Source: a virus. From it: a stretch of DNA of 64,000 bases. The position numbers and the translations under genes were made by a program. Below the pieces are notes generated by a model. That model was not told where the DNA came from, did no database searches, and saw only the letters and a list, made by a program, of their open reading frames with translations. Of the stretch, positions 21,301 to 31,358 are shown piece after piece. The stretch is from the IMG/VR virus record IMGVR_UViG_3300026521_000466, positions 1-64,000 of that record. One strand, 5' to 3'. The first letter of the stretch is position 1, and each line of letters opens with the position of its first letter.

Positions 21301-22397
21301 CTATCTTTTACCATGCCGTCATCTAACTTATCGTTGATGTACTCTTTGGCCGTTTCCTCAAATGACTCTTCTTTTGATATTACTTCGTCCATGGTTTCGG
21401 CATGGATGGAGATAGTTTCATCTTTTTCTAGTTCCTCTTCCACTTTTTTATTGTGGACTTCAATGAGGTCTTCAACATCATCTTCCTTACTATCATTTGA
21501 GATAGCTACGTCTGTTTTGCTATTTTTCTCTAGTTCTTCCAAAGTGCGCGGTGTTTCAAGACTGATTTTCATTAGATAAGTAATGAATATTTTCATAGCT
21601 TTATCTGGGGATACCCCTTTTATAGGTGTCAATATATCATTGTCCTCAGAAAGACTGAATAGATTTTCTATACTACACATAGTAACTTTTCCAAGGTATC
21701 CAAAAACAAATACTATGTCACTGCTCTCTATATTTTTTATTCTGGAGAAAACACTTTTTCCTTTTGTCTTTTCGTCGAACATTTTCAATATTTCAAGTAT
21801 CAGTATCATGTCTTTGTTTTTAACGATGTCAAGTGAACGATATCCATCTTTCTTTAATGCGTTTTTTATTTCATTTAGTTTAGGCATGGATCTGGGAACA
21901 GGCACTGTAATAAATATTTTCCTATCTGTTATTCTATCTGGTTCCATAGACGCATCGACTAAGGTCTCGATCAGATTTCTCTCTTTGTCATACTCTGATG
22001 CTTTATATTTTTGATATTTATAAATTGTATCTAATCTATACAGATCCAGCATAATAACTTTATTACTTTGTGTCTGATATAGTTTTTTTACACTTGGAAC
22101 AAAGTCAAAATCTTTATCCCTATCCATCTTTTTTGCCATGGTATTTAACATAGACTGTTTAATATTTCTTTTTGAATATTTGCCAGGCAACTTTCTAAAA
22201 TAACTGTCTAGTATCAATACTTTAGTAGGACCTACTATATTTTTGAATAGCGGGTTTCCTATGTATTCTTTGTGATACCATAAAACAGCACTATTCTTTG
22301 GAAACAGGAATTCATTACTGTTTATGATTTTTGGGTTAATGAAGTCGTATTGCTTCCTTACACCGAATATTTTCTCCATTTGTTTATATGTAAACAT
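18396..22397 (-). CDS. virion RNA polymerase beta subunit, large part (phiKZ gp178-like)
   Basis: DDGKRMLYISIQNAH, TYEDSCAVS, GDKIIVGNQLK correspond to conserved RpoB motifs. Confidence 0.9.
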   Translation of the reverse strand: MFTYKQMEKIFGVRKQYDFINPKIINSNEFLFPKNSAVLWYHKEYIGNPLFKNIVGPTKVLILDSYFRKLPGKYSKRNIKQSMLNTMAKKMDRDKDFDFVPSVKKLYQTQSNKVIMLDLYRLDTIYKYQKYKASEYDKERNLIETLVDASMEPDRITDRKIFITVPVPRSMPKLNEIKNALKKDGYRSLDIVKNKDMILILEILKMFDEKTKGKSVFSRIKNIESSDIVFVFGYLGKVTMCSIENLFSLSEDNDILTPIKGVSPDKAMKIFITYLMKISLETPRTLEELEKNSKTDVAISNDSKEDDVEDLIEVHNKKVEEELEKDETISIHAETMDEVISKEESFEETAKEYINDKLDDGMVKDSYVKKALPLIEKNNKRLEELKLTKEDIELQMKKLPKQNTVLDEGMLENTVDAFDKQYIKKVYKKQREAILLSFGKSGYLANEIKTEKDTNISDDIEILSTPMLTPNGTTITLNQRIPALDDEGYMKLNTNKYRLRKMKTDVPIKKVKPNEVALTSYYNKMFVKRGEMNKNKQSASILRELKKLKDNNQISMLVLGKATVVKVHLPFLYTTMMSVVKSFIKDKIFFSFNYSKIDELFPKHDKKHGIVVGKDKQNNYYYLRNDGVLLDAKGNDVDDFITFLGIDRRKIKAEYATINMLGERIPLALVLMYYKGITNMFNTLGVKYKEHEANKRVITEHDEYIIRFKDTKYVVKRDWTEVVVGALTVMPELKEGDSKSLNIRSVVRDLMMLIGYKRRTFIELDNLKAMWIDPITEDILKLRKEPTTFVGILYKTAELLKDDYYKPQNDSDGIMVKGYERLNGMLYHIMAKAIRDQTQRQGLVTSKVTVNPYELLGMLSEDGTFVLDTDMNPLNIMKQKEEVTLTGKFGRQKDSIAMNDRVYDPSNFGIISEASKDSADIGITTYLSASPKINNIYGVLKDIDMSEITAANVFSSGVLLMPGSTTDDGKRMLYISIQNAHIIPTKNQRSLPVRTGFESIVPYRMNKEYVTYATEKGKVIKVTDKEVKILYGTKEVSYKLKEWTTKEVGGLAYKHKSVTNLKVGDTVNEYDIIFYDDLFFGRDMFNRKRIVYKVGETALTALEESDETYEDSCAVSKKFSENFTTKVTKVNGKSFSKDIKIKELAELGSKVSHNDIVFSYILTTEDDIGDTVFKKSREKIDDLKTNNVYAEAKGTLFRYEIYYRCELSELSDELQTLVKKTDKVMKELYGYTGKVTNTFSIKGKPLAEDELYIKYYIEKEKTLTIGDKIIVGNQLKNTVGDIYEQLLTEDGRSVDVKISRRSVGARIVNSPEDIATTNLILMEMNKRFAEGNF

Positions 22398-22408
22398 AGT
22401 TGTCCTTT

Positions 22409-24001
22409 TTAACGTGTCATGAATTTCATCATTTTGCTAGTGATAGAGTCATTCAGGGAGAGTAATGATTTACCGTCTGTACTAATATATAGTACATCTC
22501 TATTAAAGAGTTCCATAGTTTCCTCTATACTGTCATCCATCATCAGTGCTGTAACAGACATTTGATCTCCGTCGCGGTCGGCTCCAAAACCTTCCATTCT
22601 CATAAACGGAATATTCATTCCATGCACCCACTCATTATCCTGTGTAGGGTATTTATTTATAGAATACTTTTTACTATCAATTCCAACATATTTGAATTTT
22701 ACATTTCTTGTTTTTGTTGTTGTGTGTAATCCTAATATTACAGGTACAATACTTCCTTGCTCAGCGATAGGATATCTTGTTAATACAGCAGGGTATTTAT
22801 TTACAGTTTCATAAATAGATAGAAAGAATAACTCCCCGTATGTTATAGGTCTTAAATATTTGCTTTCTGGTATACTATGAGGGTCTGCATAATACGTGAT
22901 TGTTTCACCAGTGTCTTCCAATACTGCAAGGTAATGATCTTCAACCATAACAGGTTCGTTATTGATACTGCTATCCATTAGCATATTCATTACTTTGTCC
23001 AAACCATCGTCTGTTAACCAACGTCTTTTTACTTTACTGGTAGTTGGTATAGTAGTGAGCTTCATATTTTTATCAAATAGGTAAACATCATCTCTCTCTT
23101 CACTAATCGCATTTGAAATGAATTTTGATATAACATGGTGTTTTGTTATTGGGTCTAATGACTTTGTATACTGTAATATACCTACTTCACATCTATCTAT
23201 GATATCATCAGGTATCTCATCAAGTCTTTTCAATTTTAGCGGTGTCCCGGTAATAACGGTTCTACTTCTATACTCCACTGCACGACTGAAGTAATCACCA
23301 TTGATCAAACCTTTTTTACCATTTAAAAATCTCTTTATAAAGTCTCTAAGCAACTCTATTTTATTCTGAAGATTAAACATAAATGCATCGGCTGTACTAT
23401 CGTGGTCTATATTTTTCAATATTTGAGCAGCATTAAAGATAGCCCTATAGTAATCGTTTACCTCGTTTTCAATAACCCTATCATGTTTATCAACTTCAAA
23501 ATCTCTTAATCCAGCTGGGAGTACTAGCAATTTGTCGTTAGTGAGCGTTCCTTTCTTTTGATATTTTTTAAACACTTCAATAATATCATTACGTTCTGCA
23601 CCATCTCTCTTAGGAGGGTTTAGTTCATATACATGTTTCATAAAGAATGTAAAACCTGTCTCTCCATTGGCAATATCGCTGGCTTCAAAATCTTTTGTTT
23701 TGTTATTGAATACAGCATACGCTTTCCCGGCCATAATGTTCATATATAGTTTGCTTAGTTTTGTTAAGTAATAATAGATACGAGGATGTAACAGAGGAAC
23801 ATATATATCAATATACGCAAATGTTGTCATTCTTTTTTCGCTTCCTACACTGCCAAATATCCTTTGAGAATAGAGTCCGTTTTCGTCTATCTGTCGTCCC
23901 ATATTTTCAAACAGGTTTACTGTCGTTATCTCATTCATAAATCTTACATATTGTTTATTCGGAAATATTAATCCGAAATACATATATTCTTTTTCATTCA
24001 T
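22409..24001 (-). CDS. virion RNA polymerase beta-prime catalytic subunit (phiKZ gp180-like)
   Basis: GLYSQRIFG, GKKGLI, RTVIT, TRYP and catalytic ADRDGD; start moved to the ATG at 24001 (AAGGA RBS). Confidence 0.9.
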   Translation of the reverse strand: MNEKEYMYFGLIFPNKQYVRFMNEITTVNLFENMGRQIDENGLYSQRIFGSVGSEKRMTTFAYIDIYVPLLHPRIYYYLTKLSKLYMNIMAGKAYAVFNNKTKDFEASDIANGETGFTFFMKHVYELNPPKRDGAERNDIIEVFKKYQKKGTLTNDKLLVLPAGLRDFEVDKHDRVIENEVNDYYRAIFNAAQILKNIDHDSTADAFMFNLQNKIELLRDFIKRFLNGKKGLINGDYFSRAVEYRSRTVITGTPLKLKRLDEIPDDIIDRCEVGILQYTKSLDPITKHHVISKFISNAISEERDDVYLFDKNMKLTTIPTTSKVKRRWLTDDGLDKVMNMLMDSSINNEPVMVEDHYLAVLEDTGETITYYADPHSIPESKYLRPITYGELFFLSIYETVNKYPAVLTRYPIAEQGSIVPVILGLHTTTKTRNVKFKYVGIDSKKYSINKYPTQDNEWVHGMNIPFMRMEGFGADRDGDQMSVTALMMDDSIEETMELFNRDVLYISTDGKSLLSLNDSITSKMMKFMTR

Positions 24002-24025
24002 CTCATATCCTTGGTTGAATAGTCT

Positions 24026-24067
24026 AATCAATGAAAAAAGACTTCTGATACTTCTTTTTCATTGATT
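24026..24067. promoter_or_regulatory. back-to-back inverted 13-mers; putative divergent late promoters
   Basis: AATCAATGAAAAA (24026-38) and TTTTTCATTGATT (24055-67) between divergent vRNAP and tape-measure genes. Confidence 0.55.
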
Positions 24068-24097
24068 GCTACCTTTATATAGGAAAAAGGAAATGAT

Positions 24098-27000
24098 ATG
24101 GCTGATTTTGATGATTTAGATATGGGTCTTGATGACCTTGATAATGAGATAGATAATATGGATATTGGTGGTGGGAACACTAACCTAAAAGATAACCGTA
24201 AACCAATTGTGAAAGCTGCGTCTAATGCAGTAGCTGGTATAAAAGAGAATATTAAAACTGATGGCGTTGTAAAAAACGCTAGTAAGATAATTAATAGCGC
24301 CATGCCGTCTGTCTTAGGCGACAAGGGAAGTGATGGGTTAAAAGAGGTTACTGAAGAGGTAATAGATAGTATAGATGAGGTAAAAGAGGCTACACAAAAA
24401 GCAGCTTCGCCTCTATTAAAGAATTTAAAGAGAACGCTACCCAAAGATAGTATGTTCTCATCATTTGTTGATAAAATAGCATCTGTCACCGGTATAGACC
24501 TTGACAGATCATCAAGTGCTTTGTCCGAACCCTCTGAAGATGATAAGATATCAGCTTCTATAACTGAAACTTTTCAAGGGATAACAAACAATCTAAACGA
24601 GACACAGACTAAGATGGCTGCCCTTAGTGCGAGTGTAGCAGATGAAAATACTAAAAGGGTATTGTCCAGTCAACACGGTATATTTAATGTACTTTTATAT
24701 AACTCAAGAATAGCAGATACATATTATAGAAAAAGTATAGAGTTAAGTTATAAACAACTCTTTGAATTGAAACGTATTGTTAAGACTCAAATATCTTTGA
24801 ATGAAATTAATGTTGAAAAACTTGATGCCATTGTAAAGAATACAGGTTTGCCGGATGCGATAAAGTTAAGAACATCTGAAGCTGTTAAGCGTCAATTCCA
24901 AGCTAATGTAGGTGAATCATTATATCAAACTATGATAAGTAATAATGATTGGATACAGACTGCAAAGAAAGGTATTCGTAGAAAAGTAGGTAATTTCAAA
25001 AATTCTGTAGTTGATGCATTTATGATCGGAAATGAATCATTAAATGGTTACAACGACATGAATGAAATGATGTCTGGTGATATGCTAGACCCTGAATTTA
25101 TGACACCTGAACAAATGGCAGCTATGTCCAAAGAAGGCATACTTGCGGGACAGGCTACAGATTTCGGTAAGACTTCCATAGGTCGTCTTATAGGTAAGCG
25201 CTTATCTAAAACGAAAATCGGCAGACGCATAAAGTCAAATACAGATTATGTAATGGCAAATCCATATGAATTTGCAAAAGAGAAAAAAGCAGAATCTACA
25301 GGTATAGCTAGTTGGTTATGGGGCTTGGGTGCTAGTGTATTGAAACCAGACACTATGTATCAAGATATAAAGATCAATCATAAAGCATATGGGATAAATG
25401 ATATTGCACAATGGGATGGTCGTTCATATATGACTTTGAATTCTGTAATTCCTGGCTATTTATCCAAAATGCTTAATGAGCTAATGACAATGAATGGGAA
25501 ACAACCAACAGATTTAAAGTTTGATTATACAAAGCGTGCGTTCAGATCTGTTTCCAGTGTTACTAAAGATTTAAGAAAAGAGTTATCGGATGAATACACT
25601 CAAAAGAATGTAGGCACTAGGTTTAATACTCTAGTGGATAGACTTGAGAATAGTTCTGATATAAAGCTATCTACAAAAGAACGTAGAAAGTTTATCAAGG
25701 CATTAGCTAATCATGAAGGTCCATTGGATGTGGACAGAATAGAGAAACAGATAGCTAACGGTAAGTTTATAAAAGGGCTATCCGCAAAAGAGAAAATGAA
25801 GTTTACATCTTTGATAAAGAATGCTGGCGGTGAGCAGTATTTCGATAAAGAAGGTAAATTGGTCACAGATTCTGAAAGAAGATTTGAAGTAAATGATATG
25901 CTTAGGTCAGTGGCTAATAGCAAAATAAATGCTAGAGAGAGAATTGAAAGACTTATAGAGGACGGTTTTAAAGAACCGCTTATTAAGTCAGGTATTGTGA
26001 CATATGATAAATATGATGATTCGTACACTATTGATTATGACAAGTACAATGATTTCAATATCTCCGCTATGATGGATGCGTATGATAACAATATACTGCA
26101 TATAACAAAATCCAAAAAAGAATCATATAGAAATGCACAAAGTATTAAGAAGGCAGCTACTGGAGTAAAAGAGACTACTGTCAATCTTTTAAACACTGGT
26201 AAAGAGAAAGCGGGAACCTTTATAAAAGATAAGAAGATAGACAAATATTTTAAAGAGAAATTTGGCATTATTAAATCTGGCGCAAAGGATATTTACAATG
26301 GCCTTAAAGGTAAAGTGGAAGAGACTGAACTATATAAAACAGTGGCTAACTATCTTGATGCTCAGCTGAAGCCTTTACGGGACGAGTATGTTTCCCTCAA
26401 AGCGAGATTAAAAGTAGCTGATGGTGAAGAGAGTATAAAACTTAACGCCATGCTAAAAGAGGTAGAGTCATCTATCAGAAGTATTGAAAAAGAGAAACAG
26501 TATTATGCAAAACTAAAGGCAAAGGCTCTAAAGACTAAAAAATATTTAGAGAGTTCAGATGCCTATTCTGTAGAGAAAGATATTATCAAGATTTATGGGA
26601 AATTAAAAAGCGGTGCCGTCAATATTATTGAGGATAGAGAACTTGACGTAATGTATAAAGATATTACAGACCTATCTGCTAATATAGCAAGTGGAACAAA
26701 ATCAATATTCACATCCATGAAAGGGAAGGTAAAAGATACCGAAGTTTATAAGCAGACTAAAGAGTACTATGATACACAGACTAAAAAACTAGAAGAGAAA
26801 GAGTCTATGTTAGAGGCGGCTATTGAAACACTCCCTCCTGAAAAGAGAAGTAAGGCAAGAAGAAAATTAAAGAAATCGAGAGTCAAAATAGCCAGAGGCA
26901 GGCGTAAAGCGGAAAAAGAGCTACAGAATATATCCAAAGACACCATACGGACGAAAGCCAGTGAGACAGGTGCTCAGATATTTGGTACATTAAAAGAGGA

Positions 27001-30000
27001 TATGAAGTATACTAAAATAAAGAAAGCTGCAAAGGATGGTATTGATAAAGTAGATGTCGAGGCAGGTAAGAGTGGTTTGACAGGAGCAATAAATAAGCTA
27101 GTTAATATACTATCTCCTAAGAAGAAAATACAGGGTGATGAGGATGGCGATGGGCATAAAGACAACTCATGGTGGTCTATTCTTAGAAACAGAAAAAAAG
27201 AGAAAGAGAAAGAGGATAGTAAGAAGACAGTTGAGAAAGAGGAGAAAAAAGATGAGAGTTTTTTAACTAAAATATTTAAAACACTTGGACTTACTCTATT
27301 ACCGACGTTAATAGGCAAAATGTATACAGCCACTACTACCGCATTCTCTATATTGAAGGACATAGGAAAATCAGTATGGGGCGTTGGAAAGTTCTTTGGT
27401 TTCGGAGAGAAAGGAATGAATATAACTTCAATGTTTACTACATTTGCAAAGTATATAGGCACTAGCATGGCAGCATCATCATTAATGTCTGGTGGTTTTG
27501 TGTCGAAACTCATAGGTCATGCATTTACCATGTTAGGCATGAAAAAAGTTGGCGACTTCTTCAAAGGTGCTGGAAAAGCAGCTAATGAGAGCTCTAAGAA
27601 AATGATGAAAGGTAAATCTGTTTTCAGTAAGTTACTGAATGTAGCTAAACGACATAAAGGGAAATTACTATTAGCTACAGCCGCGGCAGGTATGTTTTCG
27701 GCAACACAATCAGAAGCATCTGATGATTTTGAATTGCCTGATATTAATTTACATGGAGCAGAAAAATCTAAAGAAGAGGATTCGGTTAAGGAAACAGGAG
27801 ATGATAATAGCGCTATCAGTATGGGCACTGATATAGCAACTGCTATGGCTGGAACATATGTGGTTGATAAAGTTATTGATAAAGTAGTTGGTGCGTTTAA
27901 GAAAAAAGATCCTAAAACTAAGGTTGTTGAGGAGCAGGCTAAAAAATCAGCTACTGGAGCAACAAAATGGCTTAGTAATAAGATAAAGTTATTGAAAAAT
28001 CCGAAAGTAGCTAAACGAATTGCTAAAATGGGTATTAAAAAGATACCTGGCATTGGATTGGTTGCTAGTCTAGGAACATCTATTGCAGATATGGCTGCCG
28101 GTAAATATAAAAGTGCAGGGCTTGGCGTACTCAGTGGTCTTTTGTCTATGATACCAGTTGTTGGCACGGTAGCGTCTATAGGTGTTGATATGTATGCGGA
28201 TGAGCCATCTAAAATAGAGTCTAAGCAAGAAATAGATGCTAAAGACCTTAGGGCTTCGCAAATAGCTGATGATATATTAGCTAATGAAAAGCAAGCAGAA
28301 TCTAATAAGAAAATAAATGAGGGTAAAGTATTAAAAGATAGATTTGATGCTATGGTTGCTGACAAGGGTGTTGTTGCAGAGAATACTTATAAGTCTAAAA
28401 AAGGAAAAGCTTCTATTACTTTTTATAAGAAAGATAATAAAATAGTTGGGCGAAAAATAGTTAATGCCGAGGGCAAAGTTACAGCAGCAATAAATGTTAA
28501 CGGAAAATTAAAGACATTTGATTATGATGTTGATAAACAACAAGTAAAACCTCTTAAAACAATAGATTATACTAAAAAGAAACCGCATGCAATAGAAAAA
28601 ACAGAAGTTGGAAATGCTGTAGTTCATGGGCACGAAGAGACTACCGCTTCCACACAGCCGCCCAAAATAATTAGAAAAATAATAACTAAGGGTGATAGAG
28701 TATTATTAGAATTCATTTCTAATAAAGAGAGCTCCAAGGGGGATCGCGGATATAATATGGTTGTTGGTAATGTAGATATAGGTAATAAGAAACTCACAGA
28801 GATGACCATCTTAGAGATATATAAATTGCAATCTATAATTAAATCACAATATAAAAAATCAGGCGCAGTCGGTAAATATCAGTTTGTGCCAATAACACTA
28901 AAAGAAACTGTGTCTCAATCTAAAAATTTAGGCATTACTAATAAAACACTTTTTACACCATTGACCCAGGATGTTTTAATAAAACAGAGATTAATAAATA
29001 AAAGAAAATATGACCAGTGGAAACTTGGAAATCTTTCAGATGTTGAGTTTGCTTATGAACTGGCAAAAGAGTTTGCATCTATTAAAGTACCTGGTACAAA
29101 CCATGGATATTACGATGCCACCACCAGTAATGTAGGCACAGTAAACTCTAGTGCAGTAATTGACACATTAGTTAAAGTAAGAGAGATAGACGGGTGTAAG
29201 TCTCACCCCGATAATGTTAAGCACGATACGTCTAAAATAGCGGGCGAACATTCAAAAACTAAACAGGGCCAGAATAAGCAATCACAGCCAGCTACTGTCA
29301 GTGGTCCAATGGCCGGATTGAAAATGGCTATTAATGCAGTTATGGAATTTTTTGGTGCTGAAGCGCCGACATCATTATCAACTCAACCAGCAAGAGAACT
29401 TGAAGATGCAGAGGGCAGACCTACGGTAAATATGGACTCCACAGTAGGTAATCTAAATAAGACTCCTATAGAATTGCCAGGTGGTGTAGATGCAGAACTT
29501 TGCGGCATAAAGGCAAAAAGGCTCTCCGCATTAGCATTTGGTAAAGCGGTAGCAATGGCTAATAACAGACATTTTAAAGGCGGTAAAGCTGAATACCTTA
29601 TGGTGCACAATACAGCAGGATCATCTCTCTATTTAGGTAGGATGAAGAAAGACGGTTATGGTACACAGTTATGGATTGATAAATCTGGTGCTGTTACTAT
29701 CATAGGTGATATTACACAGATCTATTATCATGTCGGCCCTGTAAAACCAGAGTGGAAAGGAAAAGTTAGTTCTTATAATACTATAGGTATTGAAATGGTC
29801 TGTGCTTATAAGAATGGTGAGTGGGAACCATATACAGAAGCACAAAAGAAAGCGTTATTGCAAGTAGGTTCATGCATTATGAAAAAGTTTGGAATTGACA
29901 GAGATCATATACTTTATCATGAGCAGGTATCCTATAAAACAAAAGACGAAGGCCGAATAGGCGCAATGATGTTAAAAGGCGTGGATGTAGGCGATTCAAA

Positions 30001-30430
30001 AGAACCTGATCAAGTAGTGTCAAAGCAAGCTGATGTGAGTGCCAACGTTGCTATGCCGAGGAACCAGCATGCAAAGAAAGAACTAGATGATGCAGAAGGT
30101 ATTAAACACATGGTTGTAAATAAAACAACCAGTAAGAAAAATAAAGATCGTATATCCTCACTTTCAAATTCTACACTTGATATAATAGATCCAAGTGCCG
30201 ATATACTACGTGCGAATAATGATCTATTAGATTTAGGATATAAACGACTTAATACATTAGAATCTATTGAGAAATATATGAAGATAATGGCCGAGAAGGA
30301 CAATGCCACAATACACCATCATTATGATGAAAATAAGAAAATAATAAAAACTGAAAAGATAGAAAATGAGAATAAGAAAACCTTTGATGTTATAGAGAAA
30401 GATAAAGAGCCAAAAATAAAACTGAAGTAG
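24098..30430 (+). CDS. tape measure / tail-associated lysin (phiKZ gp181-like) with lysozyme-like and Amidase_2-like domains
   Basis: 2110 aa, acidic N-terminus, long helical body, hydrophobic segments; ESS..GYN...AVGKYQF...QD (lysozyme-like); VHNTAG...YHVG...IGIEM...YH (amidase). Confidence 0.85.
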   Translation: MADFDDLDMGLDDLDNEIDNMDIGGGNTNLKDNRKPIVKAASNAVAGIKENIKTDGVVKNASKIINSAMPSVLGDKGSDGLKEVTEEVIDSIDEVKEATQKAASPLLKNLKRTLPKDSMFSSFVDKIASVTGIDLDRSSSALSEPSEDDKISASITETFQGITNNLNETQTKMAALSASVADENTKRVLSSQHGIFNVLLYNSRIADTYYRKSIELSYKQLFELKRIVKTQISLNEINVEKLDAIVKNTGLPDAIKLRTSEAVKRQFQANVGESLYQTMISNNDWIQTAKKGIRRKVGNFKNSVVDAFMIGNESLNGYNDMNEMMSGDMLDPEFMTPEQMAAMSKEGILAGQATDFGKTSIGRLIGKRLSKTKIGRRIKSNTDYVMANPYEFAKEKKAESTGIASWLWGLGASVLKPDTMYQDIKINHKAYGINDIAQWDGRSYMTLNSVIPGYLSKMLNELMTMNGKQPTDLKFDYTKRAFRSVSSVTKDLRKELSDEYTQKNVGTRFNTLVDRLENSSDIKLSTKERRKFIKALANHEGPLDVDRIEKQIANGKFIKGLSAKEKMKFTSLIKNAGGEQYFDKEGKLVTDSERRFEVNDMLRSVANSKINARERIERLIEDGFKEPLIKSGIVTYDKYDDSYTIDYDKYNDFNISAMMDAYDNNILHITKSKKESYRNAQSIKKAATGVKETTVNLLNTGKEKAGTFIKDKKIDKYFKEKFGIIKSGAKDIYNGLKGKVEETELYKTVANYLDAQLKPLRDEYVSLKARLKVADGEESIKLNAMLKEVESSIRSIEKEKQYYAKLKAKALKTKKYLESSDAYSVEKDIIKIYGKLKSGAVNIIEDRELDVMYKDITDLSANIASGTKSIFTSMKGKVKDTEVYKQTKEYYDTQTKKLEEKESMLEAAIETLPPEKRSKARRKLKKSRVKIARGRRKAEKELQNISKDTIRTKASETGAQIFGTLKEDMKYTKIKKAAKDGIDKVDVEAGKSGLTGAINKLVNILSPKKKIQGDEDGDGHKDNSWWSILRNRKKEKEKEDSKKTVEKEEKKDESFLTKIFKTLGLTLLPTLIGKMYTATTTAFSILKDIGKSVWGVGKFFGFGEKGMNITSMFTTFAKYIGTSMAASSLMSGGFVSKLIGHAFTMLGMKKVGDFFKGAGKAANESSKKMMKGKSVFSKLLNVAKRHKGKLLLATAAAGMFSATQSEASDDFELPDINLHGAEKSKEEDSVKETGDDNSAISMGTDIATAMAGTYVVDKVIDKVVGAFKKKDPKTKVVEEQAKKSATGATKWLSNKIKLLKNPKVAKRIAKMGIKKIPGIGLVASLGTSIADMAAGKYKSAGLGVLSGLLSMIPVVGTVASIGVDMYADEPSKIESKQEIDAKDLRASQIADDILANEKQAESNKKINEGKVLKDRFDAMVADKGVVAENTYKSKKGKASITFYKKDNKIVGRKIVNAEGKVTAAINVNGKLKTFDYDVDKQQVKPLKTIDYTKKKPHAIEKTEVGNAVVHGHEETTASTQPPKIIRKIITKGDRVLLEFISNKESSKGDRGYNMVVGNVDIGNKKLTEMTILEIYKLQSIIKSQYKKSGAVGKYQFVPITLKETVSQSKNLGITNKTLFTPLTQDVLIKQRLINKRKYDQWKLGNLSDVEFAYELAKEFASIKVPGTNHGYYDATTSNVGTVNSSAVIDTLVKVREIDGCKSHPDNVKHDTSKIAGEHSKTKQGQNKQSQPATVSGPMAGLKMAINAVMEFFGAEAPTSLSTQPARELEDAEGRPTVNMDSTVGNLNKTPIELPGGVDAELCGIKAKRLSALAFGKAVAMANNRHFKGGKAEYLMVHNTAGSSLYLGRMKKDGYGTQLWIDKSGAVTIIGDITQIYYHVGPVKPEWKGKVSSYNTIGIEMVCAYKNGEWEPYTEAQKKALLQVGSCIMKKFGIDRDHILYHEQVSYKTKDEGRIGAMMLKGVDVGDSKEPDQVVSKQADVSANVAMPRNQHAKKELDDAEGIKHMVVNKTTSKKNKDRISSLSNSTLDIIDPSADILRANNDLLDLGYKRLNTLESIEKYMKIMAEKDNATIHHHYDENKKIIKTEKIENENKKTFDVIEKDKEPKIKLK

Positions 30431-30453
30431 TTACCGGGACTGCCCGGTAACTA
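30428..30453. terminator. hairpin at convergent junction containing both stop codons
   Basis: TAGTTACCGGG-ACTG-CCCGGTAACTA. Confidence 0.7.
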
Positions 30454-30745
30454 TATCTTTTAGTATTTCTGTATATTCTATTTTTTCAAGAAATATATTT
30501 AATAGTTTGATAAATAGTTCATCAAACTTCCCCGCCCGCGCTTTTAGTATCTTTGTATTAATGTGAGTTAATATTTTATTGTCCTCACATTCATACGTGA
30601 ACCAGATAACATCTCGATAATCTATTAGATCTCGCATAGGTATAATCTCTATAGGGTCTATTATTATATCACCGATGCGTTCCATTTCATCGTCAAATGA
30701 AATGGTCTCTTTAAATTTGTTCCTCATATACCCATCTATGTTCAT
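30431..30745 (-). CDS. hypothetical protein
   Basis: 104 aa, GAGGAG RBS, downstream of the macrodomain gene. Confidence 0.65.
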   Translation of the reverse strand: MNIDGYMRNKFKETISFDDEMERIGDIIIDPIEIIPMRDLIDYRDVIWFTYECEDNKILTHINTKILKARAGKFDELFIKLLNIFLEKIEYTEILKDIVTGQSR

Positions 30746-30755
30746 TTTACTCCTC

Positions 30756-31184
30756 CTAGAAGTTTACTTTTATAACATCGATATCACTCCCATCAAAGAC
30801 TTCGTCTATAGCTTTACTCACATTATCTTTTGATAATCCACCTAAGCCACACCCTATTGGTGGTATTACTATGGATTTCATTTCATGGTCTTCCATATAG
30901 TTTCGTATACTTCTTAAACCAATGTATATCCAATACAGACGAGACGGATCTCTCCAATGCTCTTTAGTGGCTAGATGAAATATTTCGTTATATCCTTTGA
31001 TGTTACTTTTTGTTAATACTATATCTCCTCCGTTCAAACCTTGTGTTTTACAGACGCGTTTATACATTTCATAACTTTCGTGGTCTTTTTCCTTTACGGA
31101 AAGAGCCAATCCTTTGCCCATTACACCCTGTGTATTTACAGGATTAATAAATGCGTCTGCTTTCATCGCAAACAAGTCTGTCAT
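30756..31184 (-). CDS. macrodomain protein, DarG-like ADP-ribosyl hydrolase
   Basis: NPVNTQGVMGKGLA, ATKEHWR, PPIGCGLGGL motifs. Confidence 0.88.
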   Translation of the reverse strand: MTDLFAMKADAFINPVNTQGVMGKGLALSVKEKDHESYEMYKRVCKTQGLNGGDIVLTKSNIKGYNEIFHLATKEHWRDPSRLYWIYIGLRSIRNYMEDHEMKSIVIPPIGCGLGGLSKDNVSKAIDEVFDGSDIDVIKVNF

Positions 31185-31358
31185 GCCTCATCCTTTTTAT
31201 ATTATTATATGACAATAATATGTCCCTTAGCTAGAAATCATCGCTCTAGTTATTGTATTTTTTTCATTTTTTCGCCTAGCCAGCCCTGCCATAAAACTGA
31301 TTAGATGACTACTCCTTGATTTTACCCAGCCCTCTCATGGGCAGGGTTTTATCTTTTT

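Noticed and set aside
26974-28365. Long antisense ORFs (179 and 282 aa) within the tape-measure gene, and similar shadows elsewhere
   Set aside because: Ser/Leu/Phe-rich mirror frames of Lys/Glu-rich genes with no RBS; expected artefacts.
31223-31350. GC-richer spacer with short repeats (CCAGCCCT twice) and a 21-codon minus ORF
   Set aside because: Explainable as the groEL terminator plus spacer; no convincing RNA family or well-spaced RBS.
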